Positions 63,642 through 64,000 of a DNA stretch of 64,000 nt are shown here, in pieces. How positions within the stretch are numbered: the first letter of the stretch is position 1; each line of letters starts with the position of its first letter. A program made the translations under genes and the position numbers. This DNA comes from Octopus vulgaris (lineage: Eukaryota): NCBI GenBank assembly GCA_951406725.2, contig OX597817.1:161386001-161450000 (forward strand). The letters are read 5' to 3'. The notes below the pieces were generated by a model. It saw nothing but the letters and a program-made list of their open reading frames with translations, searched no databases and was not told the origin of the DNA.

Positions 63642-64000
63642 GTGAGTACAAGTACATGCCATTTGTGCACTCTGAGCATACACCGTTGTACTCTTCTTAA
63701 GTACTGCTGCATGTGTCAGGGTACCAACCACACTTAGGTTGAACGGCAAATAAGACATTACACTTCTTGGATTAATATTGAACGTCTGCTTTATAGCATC
63801 ACGGGCATAGCTGAATATAATGTGGGATCTTTTCGGTTTGAACGGTAGTTTTTTCTAGCGGTGTCATATGAAATTGTCACCCATAATTATGACCCTAGTA
63901 TCGATCTATTGCATTTCAGTCTGTTTTAGGGTTAGTTAGGGTTAGGATTAGGGGTGGGGGGAAGGGTATCTTTTTTTTCTTCACAAATGTAAATAAACCC

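Noticed and set aside
63924-63955. TTAGGG-like telomeric motifs
   Set aside because: Only 3-4 imperfect units inside what appears to be an interspersed repeat at the window edge; not a telomere.

Overview
AT-rich, microsatellite- and SINE-dense eukaryotic intronic DNA. The repeat landscape suggests a coleoid cephalopod, probably Octopus (inference). There is no prokaryotic content and no CRISPR array. The window lies inside one large + strand gene, an ASAP-type Arf-GAP (ASAP1/2-like). Six well-supported exons (828-919, 3245-3431, 5279-5347, 8506-8553, 11699-11864, 31030-31323) splice in frame and encode the ankyrin repeats, an acidic linker and the proline-rich region. A chain of frame-compatible small or micro exons (45, 40, 23, 75, 21 and 21 nt) is predicted in the proline-rich region; the BAR/PH/GAP and SH3 exons are not visible here. 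The introns hold tRNA-derived SINEs, truncated RTE LINEs, Helitrons, hAT/piggyBac/Tc-mariner/Ginger-like MITEs and several long foldbacks. The most notable observations are: (1) an 819-bp non-coding element (24268-25086) with a 495-nt period, each repeat carrying a type I hammerhead ribozyme motif on the minus strand, i.e. a retrozyme/Penelope-like candidate; (2) two apparently paralogous 21-nt microexons 12.9 kb apart with UGC motifs at the acceptor; (3) a near-perfect 98-bp hairpin. Almost all ORFs in the supplied track are microsatellite or SINE artefacts. All coordinates were read by eye, and repeat boundaries are approximate.
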